The notes under the pieces were generated by a model. That model did not search any database, was not told where the DNA came from, and saw only the letters and a list, made by a program, of their open reading frames with translations. The position numbers and the translations under genes are program-made. Positions 1-8,414 of a stretch of 36,901 nucleotides of DNA are shown in pieces. Source of the DNA: a virus (taxonomy: Duplodnaviria; Caudoviricetes). Numbering within the stretch: position 1 is the first letter of the stretch; each line of letters starts with the position of its first letter. The DNA lies in the IMG/VR virus record IMGVR_UViG_3300005934_000012, positions 1 through 36,901 of that record; one strand, 5' to 3'.

Positions 1-578
1 TCTATCATAAGCCTTTGACACTTATCTTTAGAAAAGTTTACAAAGGGTGTATACTTCTCGATTTTTCTTTTGTTATCAGGCCAAATAATGGTATCTGATA
101 TCTTAGAATCTTCTCGTTGTACAAACCCAAGTATGGAATTTAGAATCACCACTGTTTCCAGCGTAATATCTTCTTGCATCCACATTTGTACGATCATTGG
201 TTGTTGACCATCTACACTTGTGAATAGATTATCAAACTTAACACCAATATTAATATCGATTATTTTATTTATATCAATTGAAAACACTCTATGAATACTT
301 TCTTTGATTTTTTTATATGTTGCATAGTAGCTTTCTGCCTCACTATCCATCATATCTCCTACGTATTTCTGTTCATTAATAAACTGAGATACATAAAATT
401 CTTTTAAACTTCCATTATACTTCTTTGCTAGCTTAGCAAAAAAATATTTATCTTTCCGATTTAAGAAAGATTTTGGTGTTACATTTGTTTTATAATTATA
501 CTTTATTGCATCATAACTACCTTCGAAATGTAGCTTTAATGCGTTATATAATTTATAAGATTCAAATGGATCATTCAT
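1..578 (-). CDS. 59: gp59-like helicase loader (3' end runs off window)
   Basis: Not in ORF track; read manually from ATG 578 (ATGA overlap with gp33 stop): MNDPFESYKLYNALKLHFEGSYDAIKYNYK...KDKYFFAKLAKKY...ITLETVVILNSILGF; directly downstream of gp33 as in T4. Confidence 0.85.
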   Translation of the reverse strand, partial: MNDPFESYKLYNALKLHFEGSYDAIKYNYKTNVTPKSFLNRKDKYFFAKLAKKYNGSLKEFYVSQFINEQKYVGDMMDSEAESYYATYKKIKESIHRVFSIDINKIIDINIGVKFDNLFTSVDGQQPMIVQMWMQEDITLETVVILNSILGFVQREDSKISDTIIWPDNKRKIEKYTPFVNFSKDKCQRLMI

Positions 579-817
579 ATTGGTAGTTTATTTCCTTTCT
601 TAACTCTAATTAAGTTTAAGCCAGATGCTTCTGCTTCTATCTTTTCTTTTAAAGAATCAGTTAATAGCTTTTTAAGATTACTATAATCCATTCCTCTTTT
701 TTCTATGATAAAAGTAGCTGCATCAATATAGCTTAAGTTTCCTTTCGCGACTAATTGTTCAACTGCTGTCGAAAATCTTTTTCTAGTCATAATTTTAACA
801 TCTAAATCTACACTCAT
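575..817 (-). CDS. 33: gp33 late transcription co-activator
   Basis: 80 aa, SYIDA..LKEKIEAEA..LNL pattern and C-terminal clamp-binding-like NKLPI; adjacent to gp59. Confidence 0.85.
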   Translation of the reverse strand: MSVDLDVKIMTRKRFSTAVEQLVAKGNLSYIDAATFIIEKRGMDYSNLKKLLTDSLKEKIEAEASGLNLIRVKKGNKLPI

Positions 818-1965
818 AATACTCTAAGTAATATACAATCGACATTAATTCTACCATTTGGTACACTAACTTTAGTTGTTAATGTGTCCCATACTTGTTT
901 ATCGATTTGTTTAATAGTTCTATTTAAAATGAGTGGTAGTATTTCATCTGGCTTTCTAAGCGTAGCTGATCTACTTGATTCACATATGTTTTTAATGGTA
1001 GTACCACTTACCTCAAACCCCTTTGTTGAGTTTGTTTTATACTGTATAAGTTTTCTTGTTTTAGTATTATATACAAACAACAACTCTTTTCCAGGAATCA
1101 TTACAGGATTAATAGACATTAGTTTAGCGTCAATATCTTCAACCTTGTATTTAAGATTCTTAACTTGAACATCAGAGGCTTTTGGCTTCTTCGTTCTTGG
1201 AACTCTTGCTGCTTTTGCAGCTGCTTTAAGCTTATCTAAATCTTCAAATACTGTGTCCATCACAGCAATCATTTTCTTTAGATTAGCTTTAGATACGTGA
1301 GAATATGCTTCTACTGATTGATCACATGTTTTATTATATGCGTCAACTATTGGTTGATATTCTAACATAACTTGATCTCTAAACATATTAAGCACTGCAC
1401 CTTTTAATTGATACTGCTTAAATAGTTTATATACATCAATCTTTTGCTTGAAATCGCCATCCATCCAACCATCAACAATAGCATCCCAATCTCCATATAT
1501 GGTATCTACCATTTTTTGTCTCATTCTTTCCTGAATGGTTGGTGGTTTAGGCTTAGATGATTGTTCTTCTTTGATTTCTTTTACGATTGTTTTGGCATAA
1601 GCAAGTTTTTCTTTATAATCTTGCTCAATTCTACTGAGTTCGCTTTCATTATATTCGTAACCTCTATAGAAAAGTTTGACACTTTTACCAATTGAGCCAA
1701 CTAATTCCCAATCTTTTAATTTTTTTAAAGCTTGAACTTCTTTTTTATTATATCCGAGTTGATCTTGAGCATATTGTAAGATAGTTGGAATATAATCTTT
1801 AGAATTATAATAGTAATTATACCAATGAGCTGCTTTAGTCCATTTACTACTACGATTTTCTGTAGTTAATTCACCTGATGCAAAAATCGGTTCTGCACCC
1901 ATATACTTGTCATCGAGTGTAACTCTCTGCTTTCTTAATTTCGTTCTTACTTTATTTTCTGCCAT
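814..1965 (-). CDS. conserved hypothetical protein of T4-like phages
   Basis: 383 aa ORF, SD AGGAG, C-terminal PNGRINxDCILLRV motif. Confidence 0.8.
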   Translation of the reverse strand: MAENKVRTKLRKQRVTLDDKYMGAEPIFASGELTTENRSSKWTKAAHWYNYYYNSKDYIPTILQYAQDQLGYNKKEVQALKKLKDWELVGSIGKSVKLFYRGYEYNESELSRIEQDYKEKLAYAKTIVKEIKEEQSSKPKPPTIQERMRQKMVDTIYGDWDAIVDGWMDGDFKQKIDVYKLFKQYQLKGAVLNMFRDQVMLEYQPIVDAYNKTCDQSVEAYSHVSKANLKKMIAVMDTVFEDLDKLKAAAKAARVPRTKKPKASDVQVKNLKYKVEDIDAKLMSINPVMIPGKELLFVYNTKTRKLIQYKTNSTKGFEVSGTTIKNICESSRSATLRKPDEILPLILNRTIKQIDKQVWDTLTTKVSVPNGRINVDCILLRVL

Positions 1966-1974
1966 ATATTACTC

Positions 1975-2064
1975 CTAAAAATATTGTGCAACATAAGCCA
2001 CCCACAATGGTAGTGTGACTATTATTGTAATCTTTATAATATTATCATTTATAAATTTTTCCAT
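1975..2064 (-). CDS. 29-aa membrane micro-protein
   Basis: MEKFINDNIIKITIIVTLPLWVAYVAQYF; SD AGGA; first ORF after early promoter; fills the gap exactly. Confidence 0.6.
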   Translation of the reverse strand: MEKFINDNIIKITIIVTLPLWVAYVAQYF

Positions 2065-2073
2065 AATTTTCCT

Positions 2074-2103
2074 ATTATACCATACTTTTTATTCGATGTA
2101 AAC
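2074..2103 (-). promoter_or_regulatory. early (sigma70-type) promoter
   Basis: GTTTACA-17 nt-TATAAT with TGG before -10; matches T4 early promoter consensus. Confidence 0.85.
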
Positions 2104-2152
2104 AGGCATGGCGCATTTTTGATATGATAAGGAGTAGTGTGCGCCATGCCTG
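2103..2152. repeat. 13-bp perfect GC-rich inverted repeat with 24-nt loop (terminator or small RNA)
   Basis: caggcatggcgca (2103-2115) / tgcgccatgcctg (2140-2152), intergenic. Confidence 0.9.
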
Positions 2153-2156
2153 CACA

Positions 2157-2405
2157 TCAAGACTCTGATGAATCAAAGCCTTCGTAATCTTTTACTCCTA
2201 ATACAAAATTCTCTGCAGCAGATTCTGCATAAGCTTCTGAGTGCGACGGATACCATTCAATACTCAATGATTTACCATTAGATAGCATTCTAATACCATA
2301 ATAGTTTTCATCAAGTTCTACTGTCTTAAGTACCTCTGCAGATCTGTTCGAATATTCTCCTGAACCACTATATTCAGATAGCAATACATAATTTGTTTTA
2401 GCCAT
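2157..2405 (-). CDS. hypothetical protein
   Basis: 82 aa ORF, SD GGAG, coupled to upstream ORF. Confidence 0.75.
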   Translation of the reverse strand: MAKTNYVLLSEYSGSGEYSNRSAEVLKTVELDENYYGIRMLSNGKSLSIEWYPSHSEAYAESAAENFVLGVKDYEGFDSSES

Positions 2406-2557
2406 TATGTGTTATCTCCATCTCTATTTTTTACTTTATCTTTGTCGAACAAAGATTGTCCTTTTTGTTGTGCTACCATCTCTGCAGATGCGATTGCGAA
2501 AAATCCTGCAAATGTTAGTAGTACAAATCCTCCAATAAAACCAATTGTTGTTTCCAT
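2405..2557 (-). CDS. 50-aa single-TM micro-protein
   Basis: METTIGFIGGFVLLTFAGFFAIASAEMVAQQKGQ...; SD GGGAG; TAATG coupling to next gene. Confidence 0.7.
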   Translation of the reverse strand: METTIGFIGGFVLLTFAGFFAIASAEMVAQQKGQSLFDKDKVKNRDGDNT

Positions 2558-2559
2558 AA

Positions 2560-2877
2560 TTATCTCCCTATGTGTTTTACATCTTTTTGTGGAATTACTT
2601 GGTATGCACCTTTATTGTATGCAGGTGCAACTGTAAAGTTTTTTGATGCTTCAGCTTTCCATGATTCATCCTTTTCTGGAGTATATGTGCTACTGATTGG
2701 CATCGATGGATATTTCTCTCTATGATCTTCCATCTGTTGTTGAGCAAATGTTTTTGGTTGTGCTGTCATAGGCACAAATTTAGGTTTGCTCTTCCTAACT
2801 GACATTGATGTGGTCTTACGTTTTCTGCCACATGGCGAATATCTTAAACTTCCTGAATAAAAACTTGTCATTCCCAT
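2560..2877 (-). CDS. conserved hypothetical protein
   Basis: C-terminal FTVAPAYNKGAYQVI motif recurrent in T4-like phages. Confidence 0.75.
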   Translation of the reverse strand: MGMTSFYSGSLRYSPCGRKRKTTSMSVRKSKPKFVPMTAQPKTFAQQQMEDHREKYPSMPISSTYTPEKDESWKAEASKNFTVAPAYNKGAYQVIPQKDVKHIGR

Positions 2878-3143
2878 TATGTATTCCTCACATAGTGTTC
2901 TAGTAATTCATTACCTTCTAGTATTCTTCCAAAAGTACGAAGCACTTTACCATTTTGTTTTCTTACAATATAACCACAATTATATTCGATATCGGTAACA
3001 CTTCCGTTCTCGGTATCTTCAGGGTGGTCATCATAATACATACTACTAAATGAATGTATATGTATTGACTTAGTTTTCATTGACCACTCTTCAGCTTCTA
3101 ATAATAATCTTTGCCTTTCTACTGTATCGTCGTACTGTGTCAT
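2877..3143 (-). CDS. hypothetical protein
   Basis: 88 aa ORF, coupled to neighbours. Confidence 0.75.
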   Translation of the reverse strand: MTQYDDTVERQRLLLEAEEWSMKTKSIHIHSFSSMYYDDHPEDTENGSVTDIEYNCGYIVRKQNGKVLRTFGRILEGNELLEHYVRNT

Positions 3144-3144
3144 A

Positions 3145-3429
3145 CTAATCCCAATTATCTTGATCCTTCATAGAATTATATGTTTCCATGTATGATGTAC
3201 CTGCAAGATAGTCTTGTGTTTGCTTTTCTGTATAGTACATATTTTCTTCTTTGAAACAATCTAAATTTCCTGGAGATTGATGTCCAGCTTTCTTAACTGA
3301 TGCAGTTAGTTTATTGTAATAATCTTTTGGTTTACTATAAACATTCTTGACTGCTTGCTTGAACTCTTGTTCAGCATCGTATTTTGCTTTTTCTTCTAAC
3401 AAAACTTTTTTGATATCTTCAAAATTCAT
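3145..3429 (-). CDS. hypothetical early protein
   Basis: 94 aa, SD AAGGAG, directly after early promoter. Confidence 0.8.
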   Translation of the reverse strand: MNFEDIKKVLLEEKAKYDAEQEFKQAVKNVYSKPKDYYNKLTASVKKAGHQSPGNLDCFKEENMYYTEKQTQDYLAGTSYMETYNSMKDQDNWD

Positions 3430-3452
3430 AATTTACTCCTTTATAATGGTAT

Positions 3453-3482
3453 ATTATACCACAACTAAAACTATTTGTAAAC
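3453..3482 (-). promoter_or_regulatory. early promoter
   Basis: GTTTACA-17 nt-TATAAT (TGG extension). Confidence 0.85.
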
Positions 3483-3492
3483 AGTTTTTTAA

Positions 3493-3696
3493 CTATTTTA
3501 CCCAAACGTGATGATATTTTTCAGGAAGGTCATCACACGTATACTTGTCTGATTCGACATAGTTTATTACCTTCACGCATTCTCCAGTAGAGTGACTTAT
3601 TTGAACTTCAGGGAGATTCAATGAGTACATCAAAGCACCAACAAATAGAAGTCCTGCAAATAATCCTCCACCAATAGCAAATACTTTATCTGTCAT
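3493..3696 (-). CDS. small membrane-anchored protein with two Cys
   Basis: N-terminal hydrophobic helix followed by short extracytoplasmic domain (GECVKV...YTCDDLP). Confidence 0.7.
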   Translation of the reverse strand: MTDKVFAIGGGLFAGLLFVGALMYSLNLPEVQISHSTGECVKVINYVESDKYTCDDLPEKYHHVWVK

Positions 3697-3869
3697 AATA
3701 CTTTCCTATTACCAATAGTTCCGAATGGTTGTTCTACAATCTCTGTTACAGAACATCTATTATCATGAGCAATTTGCTCATCAGTAGCTTGTTTTTGAGC
3801 TTGAAAAATGGCTTCTTTGTCATTCTCAGCAAAAACATACTTTTCTAAAGTTACTACATATCTTTTCAT
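3693..3869 (-). CDS. 58-aa hypothetical protein
   Basis: Below ORF-track cutoff: MKRYVVTLEKYVFAENDKEAIFQAQKQ...PFGTIGNRKVL; coupled to both neighbours. Confidence 0.7.
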   Translation of the reverse strand: MKRYVVTLEKYVFAENDKEAIFQAQKQATDEQIAHDNRCSVTEIVEQPFGTIGNRKVL

Positions 3870-4141
3870 TAGTGAAACATCTCCTTTTTACCGTTAACCA
3901 TTAAATGAGTAACGTGCATATTACCAATTGGATTTAAAAATCCATAATCTTCTAATTTATTACACATGGAATCCCAATCGTCTCCATCTTTTGAGAGAGC
4001 TAAGTTTTCTAATTCTTTAGGAACAGGAATTATTAAAATTGCTTCCTCTCTTATAACGCCATCATAACAAGGATGACCATGTATTTCAACAGCAGCTGAT
4101 TTTCTATCAACTGCTGGTTTGCAATCCATTTGGATTCTCAT
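3869..4141 (-). CDS. hypothetical protein
   Basis: 90 aa ORF, TAATG coupling. Confidence 0.7.
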   Translation of the reverse strand: MRIQMDCKPAVDRKSAAVEIHGHPCYDGVIREEAILIIPVPKELENLALSKDGDDWDSMCNKLEDYGFLNPIGNMHVTHLMVNGKKEMFH

Positions 4142-4416
4142 TACGCAACCACCTTAATCATACCAAGTGGAACGTTCCAAATCATATCGCCAACTTCAAC
4201 CTTAGCTTTTGATCTGTTAATCTTAAGAATCTTGCCAGGTTCTTTAACCTTAGGACTATCAACTTCAACAACCGCACCAACAAAAAGACTTGATTTTGAC
4301 TTAGCATTCTCAAAATCTTTTAATTGTTTATGTTTGATCTTAACAAGCTCCCAAAGCTCGTGACACTCTTCGATTGAAGATAGTGAATTCACTGCGTTAA
4401 TAACTGACTTTTTCAT
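4141..4416 (-). CDS. hypothetical early protein, SH3/KOW-like C-terminus
   Basis: LFVGAVVEV...GKILKINRSKAKVEV...WNVP pattern; SD AAGGAG. Confidence 0.7.
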   Translation of the reverse strand: MKKSVINAVNSLSSIEECHELWELVKIKHKQLKDFENAKSKSSLFVGAVVEVDSPKVKEPGKILKINRSKAKVEVGDMIWNVPLGMIKVVA

Positions 4417-4446
4417 AATTTACTCCTTTTATCAATTTACTGGTCT

Positions 4447-4480
4447 ATTATACTAAGTGGGCAGAATATGTACATGCTTT
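4447..4480 (-). promoter_or_regulatory. early promoter, AAAGCATGTACA class
   Basis: AAAGCATGTACA-16 nt-TATAAT with upstream A-tract. Confidence 0.75.
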
Positions 4481-4516
4481 TTTTAAAAAAAAGTACATAA
4501 ATTTTATACATATTTT

Positions 4517-4906
4517 TTATATAAAACATCGTTTATATAACTTCTCTTCCAATGCATTAGCTTGTTTTTCCCATGGTTGATGTTCGTATACACATTTCTC
4601 ATAGTTACGTTTTTTCCATAAATTACCATCTAATTCTTTACGTAAGAACTGTTTTGCGTGTACCATCTCATGAGCTAATGTTTGCATTTGATCTTCAAAT
4701 GGAATAGTACGATTAATTTGTATATCAACATCATATACATCGCCTATACAATAACCCCACGCGTCATCTTCCATTACACTTTTAAAACGTATAGTAATTT
4801 CTCTGTTTCGAAGACGATGTATATTTAGTTCTTTACATAAATTAATTACGTATAATAATACTCTATCTTTATCTTTGATATGAGATGGAATGTTAATATC
4901 TAACAA
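4517..4906 (-). CDS. HExxH zinc metallopeptidase-like protein
   Basis: TLAHEMVHAKQ motif and downstream QPWEKQA; TTG start with SD AAGGA. Confidence 0.75.
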   Translation of the reverse strand: MLDINIPSHIKDKDRVLLYVINLCKELNIHRLRNREITIRFKSVMEDDAWGYCIGDVYDVDIQINRTIPFEDQMQTLAHEMVHAKQFLRKELDGNLWKKRNYEKCVYEHQPWEKQANALEEKLYKRCFI

Positions 4907-5380
4907 TTAAAAATTTCCTTCTTTTCTACTTACAACTTGTATACAATTGACACCATTAGATTTCCACATATCTACGACTTTATTTCTATCATCGTACACA
5001 ATATCTGGATCTTGACCTAAAATATCATCTTGTCTTAAAAATTCTAATATATCTCTTTTGAATATTTCGTCTGGCCTATAATCACCAGGTCCTCTCATAA
5101 AAAGAATTGGATTATCGATACCTATCCAATTTCTTATTTGATCAATAGTAATATCTCTTTCGGTATTATTTCTAGCTGAAACAAACATTACTGTATCACC
5201 TTCTGCAACATGCATTTTTGCTAATTCACAAACATGTTCTATAGGTGTATCATTTACAGTTTCAGCTTTAAATGAATCCCAATCATTATTACCATTTGAC
5301 ACAAAGTGTCTTCGATGATTACAATCGGCTATTGTACCATCGATATCAAATACTACGTTTTTTATTCTATCCTTAATCAT
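4907..5380 (-). CDS. HAD phosphatase resembling the 3'-phosphatase domain of T4 polynucleotide kinase (stand-alone)
   Basis: FDIDGTIAD, VSAR, LFMR..D.RPD..K, YDDRNKVVDMW; start moved to 5380 because 5387-5420 is a promoter. Confidence 0.8.
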   Translation of the reverse strand: MIKDRIKNVVFDIDGTIADCNHRRHFVSNGNNDWDSFKAETVNDTPIEHVCELAKMHVAEGDTVMFVSARNNTERDITIDQIRNWIGIDNPILFMRGPGDYRPDEIFKRDILEFLRQDDILGQDPDIVYDDRNKVVDMWKSNGVNCIQVVSRKEGNF

Positions 5381-5386
5381 GTACCC

Positions 5387-5421
5387 ATTATACCAAACTC
5401 TGGGAGCTTTGTACATGCTTT
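5387..5421 (-). promoter_or_regulatory. early promoter, AAAGCATGTACA class
   Basis: AAAGCATGTACA-17 nt-TATAAT, phased upstream A-tracts. Confidence 0.8.
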
Positions 5422-5467
5422 TTTTCACTTTTTTTAGATTTTTTTGTTATAAGTATATAACTTTTTG

Positions 5468-6055
5468 TTATAAGGAAGGGAGAGTTATTAGTCCAACAGA
5501 ATCCATAACCTCTATGTTATTAATAACGGCAATCGTAGTAAGAATGTTAGGAAATATTAGATCATCAGTATTATCACCCGCAAGATGCCATAATAAACCA
5601 CCAACAGTTAATTTAAGAGCAACTAATTCTCCAAGTGCAGGTCTTTCTCCTAATATAGGATTAGTTTCATATACTCTTGGATGTTTTAAGCCTCTATAAG
5701 TTGTATATACGTCAAGAGAATTAACTACGATAAAATATGTTTTAACTCTTTTTTCATCAAACTGTGAGAATCGTAACTCGCTCAGATTTGCCTTTGACTT
5801 GTATGTTATCGACTTGAGTATAGCTTCGTTCCGAACTTGCTCTAGCAGTGAATTGTGATAGCAGCACTCGTACCCCATCGTAATTGCGAGTTTGGCCTTC
5901 GAGTCTAGCTGCGAGATTAACGGCATCTCCAATGACGGAATAGTCAAATCGAGATTCTGATCCCATGTTTCCGACGATGCAATCCCCGGTATTAATACCA
6001 ATACCAACATCAATACGGGGTAAACCTTGTTCTTCCAATTCTGCAATAAGTTCAT
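5468..6055 (-). CDS. membrane protein whose 5' part overlaps the cyclase gene in +1 frame (start 6055 or 6010)
   Basis: Non-overlapped part has protein-like LDVYTTY.GL....ETNPILG motif and hydrophobic helices, but no usable in-frame ATG near its 5' end; N-terminus signal-peptide-like. Confidence 0.6.
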   Translation of the reverse strand: MNLLQNWKNKVYPVLMLVLVLIPGIASSETWDQNLDLTIPSLEMPLISQLDSKAKLAITMGYECCYHNSLLEQVRNEAILKSITYKSKANLSELRFSQFDEKRVKTYFIVVNSLDVYTTYRGLKHPRVYETNPILGERPALGELVALKLTVGGLLWHLAGDNTDDLIFPNILTTIAVINNIEVMDSVGLITLPSL

Positions 6056-7583
6056 CTGCTGCTTCTACTATTTCAATAGCAGTTTTAACTGCCATATCTG
6101 CGTGATTTTCGCATGGTAAAGGTGCGTTCCAGAATGCCATAATGCAGTCACCCATATACTTATCAATTGTTCCACCATTTGAAAGTATAATTTTTGTCAT
6201 ACGGTCTAAGTAATTATTTATAAGTTTTACTAAACCCTCTGGATCATTATTGTTTTTATAATGCTCTGATATTGGTGTAAATCCAACAATATCCATAAAC
6301 AAGAAAGACATTGTTTTTCTTTCTCCTCCAAGCTTTAAAAGAGAAGGATCTTTTTGTAATAACATAACTTGACGTGGATCGAGATATGTTTCAAATTGTT
6401 TCTTAATTTGTTGTCTTAGTACAAATTGCTTATAGAAGTTATTAAAGCTTGTTGAAGTGAATAAAAGTATATATAATATAAGTGGATAACTTAGGTCGGA
6501 GAGGATCCTTAATTCAGACCATAACCACCACGTACCAAACCCACTTCCTAATAAAATACTAAGGAATACTATAGATGATGTCAAGATTGATGTATAATAA
6601 GCAGTCAGAATTATTATTGAACCCAACAAAAACATTAAACCAAACTCCAGAGCCTCTGACCAAATCGGACGAGATATCGATATTTCATCCATTATTGACT
6701 GGATGGACGCAGCTTGAATATGATGAGATGATCGCAGACCAGCAGGTGTTGGTATTTGAGCAGACAATCCCTTCGCGGTTAACCCAATTAGAACTGTTTG
6801 ACCCTGAAGATCTGGAATAGGTTCTCCATATTCTAATTCAATAAATTTATAATTTGGATTAATCCACATAGAACCATTACTATCTGATTTAATTCTAAAT
6901 GGTCGTAATATAATTTCTTCGATTCCTGCATCTTGTATTTTAACTGTGTATGATGGTTTTTCGTTTAAAACTCGAATAGTTTCTAATGCAAACGAAGGAT
7001 ATAACTGATCATTTATTTGCGATATAAGTGGTATACGTCTTACTAATCCATCAACTTCAGGCATAGCATTTGTAAGTCCATGACCCCATGCTCCTTCTTC
7101 GATTTGTGGAATATTAGTGACTAATCCTTCGTATTTTATAACCCAATCTAATGGATCACCTGTACCAAATATAGCTGTACCGACATAAGGTGCTTGAGAA
7201 CTTCTACCTTGAGAATCTGCATCTTGTGCCAATATAATACCATTATCTTTTACCCATGATGCAAATACTTCGTCTCCTCCGAATCTATCGTTCTCTGGAA
7301 ACATAATCGTGAATCCAATATAACCTGCACCAGCGTTTCTTAGATCTGATATCATTTGTGCATATTGGTGTCTTGGGAATGGATATTGACCGTGCGCGAG
7401 GAGCGCTTTTTCTCCAATATTGAGTAGGATTATACTATTAGATTCACGAGAGGGCACTGTCTTAATATAGCTATCGAATGTATTTAATCTTAATTGTTCA
7501 ATAAGAGGTAAATCAATGATACGTAATGATAGTAACCCAACAAAAAGAATTATTGTTGTCCAGATGGACGTTATATACTTCAT
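5757..7583 (-). CDS. CHASE2-domain class III adenylate cyclase
   Basis: N-terminal TM, CHASE2 motifs (GQYPFPR, DGLVRRIPL, YPSFALE), three TMs, catalytic FMDIVGFT, IDKYMGDCIMAFW, GIGINTG, DYSVIGDAVNLAARLE, VKGK. Confidence 0.93.
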   Translation of the reverse strand: MKYITSIWTTIILFVGLLSLRIIDLPLIEQLRLNTFDSYIKTVPSRESNSIILLNIGEKALLAHGQYPFPRHQYAQMISDLRNAGAGYIGFTIMFPENDRFGGDEVFASWVKDNGIILAQDADSQGRSSQAPYVGTAIFGTGDPLDWVIKYEGLVTNIPQIEEGAWGHGLTNAMPEVDGLVRRIPLISQINDQLYPSFALETIRVLNEKPSYTVKIQDAGIEEIILRPFRIKSDSNGSMWINPNYKFIELEYGEPIPDLQGQTVLIGLTAKGLSAQIPTPAGLRSSHHIQAASIQSIMDEISISRPIWSEALEFGLMFLLGSIIILTAYYTSILTSSIVFLSILLGSGFGTWWLWSELRILSDLSYPLILYILLFTSTSFNNFYKQFVLRQQIKKQFETYLDPRQVMLLQKDPSLLKLGGERKTMSFLFMDIVGFTPISEHYKNNNDPEGLVKLINNYLDRMTKIILSNGGTIDKYMGDCIMAFWNAPLPCENHADMAVKTAIEIVEAADELIAELEEQGLPRIDVGIGINTGDCIVGNMGSESRFDYSVIGDAVNLAARLEGQTRNYDGVRVLLSQFTARASSERSYTQVDNIQVKGKSERVTILTV

Positions 7584-8401
7584 TAGTTTTGTGTTATTGA
7601 TACACTACAACCACCGACTGTTTGACAATCTTGTGAAAGTGTATATGATTGATCAGTTGATGTTTGTTGTAGTAAATATAAATTTGTAGGATATGAACCA
7701 CCAAGTGTAATAGTTGCTGAATGGCTACCTTGTCCTTCTTGTTTTATCCATGCTTCGTTGTAATCATTATTTGTTGTAAGTGAAAGATAATGGTCACCTT
7801 GCCTTTGATGTGTATAGATATCGTTGTAATCGCTATAAAGATTTATTTCTGCACGTATAGTATCACCTGAGTCATCATTTCTTTGTGTTCCGATAAGTGT
7901 ATTATTATTTCCATGTATATCTAATCTAACATACATTCCACCATACTCATCGTTATCAATAGTAAAATTACCTGTATCTGAAACAACAAATCCTTGTCCA
8001 AATTTTACAGTGTTGTTATTACCTGATATATGAAATCCAAAATAGTTATTTGTTGGACTATTTCCTGTTGTAGTGTTTTGTTTAATGGTAATAACATTAT
8101 CAGTTCCATCTAAATCACCACCCCAATTATAACCTGAACCCCATGTATCAGTCCATTTTACAGTATTGTTTGCACCTGTTTGCAGAATATCTATAACATT
8201 ATCTGCACCTCCAATTGAAAAATAAATCTCTTGATCATATCCTCTTTGTTCTAATGTAAGATCTAAATTATCTGATGCAGTTGGTGTTTGAATGTTAATT
8301 ATATTATCATCTGCATATATTGGAAGTACCATAAAATAACATGCACCCCATGGTAATATCCAATATTTAAAAATTGTTTCTCTAATTTTTTTCCAATTCA
8401 T
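7583..8401 (-). CDS. secreted curlin-repeat (CsgA/CsgB-like) protein
   Basis: Signal peptide; repeats such as DILQTGANNTV, HISGNNNTV, DIHGNNNTL, IKQEGQGSHSA; in csgG/csgF operon. Confidence 0.75.
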   Translation of the reverse strand: MNWKKIRETIFKYWILPWGACYFMVLPIYADDNIINIQTPTASDNLDLTLEQRGYDQEIYFSIGGADNVIDILQTGANNTVKWTDTWGSGYNWGGDLDGTDNVITIKQNTTTGNSPTNNYFGFHISGNNNTVKFGQGFVVSDTGNFTIDNDEYGGMYVRLDIHGNNNTLIGTQRNDDSGDTIRAEINLYSDYNDIYTHQRQGDHYLSLTTNNDYNEAWIKQEGQGSHSATITLGGSYPTNLYLLQQTSTDQSYTLSQDCQTVGGCSVSITQN

Positions 8402-8406
8402 ATATG

Positions 8407-8414
8407 TATTTATA
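8407..8414 (-). promoter_or_regulatory. T4-type late promoter
   Basis: TATAAATA in the 13-nt gap before ATG 8401. Confidence 0.7.

Noticed and set aside
5750-5765. prfB-like +1 frameshift at GTT TGA fusing cyclase to the downstream membrane domain
   Set aside because: No internal SD just upstream, GUU-to-UUU re-pairing is poor, and it would not explain 100 open codons upstream; only a minor alternative
5757-7583. Cyclase as Pycsar/CBASS-type defence enzyme
   Set aside because: CHASE2 plus TM architecture, ATP-type specificity Lys and no adjacent cyclic-nucleotide effector point to a sensory cyclase
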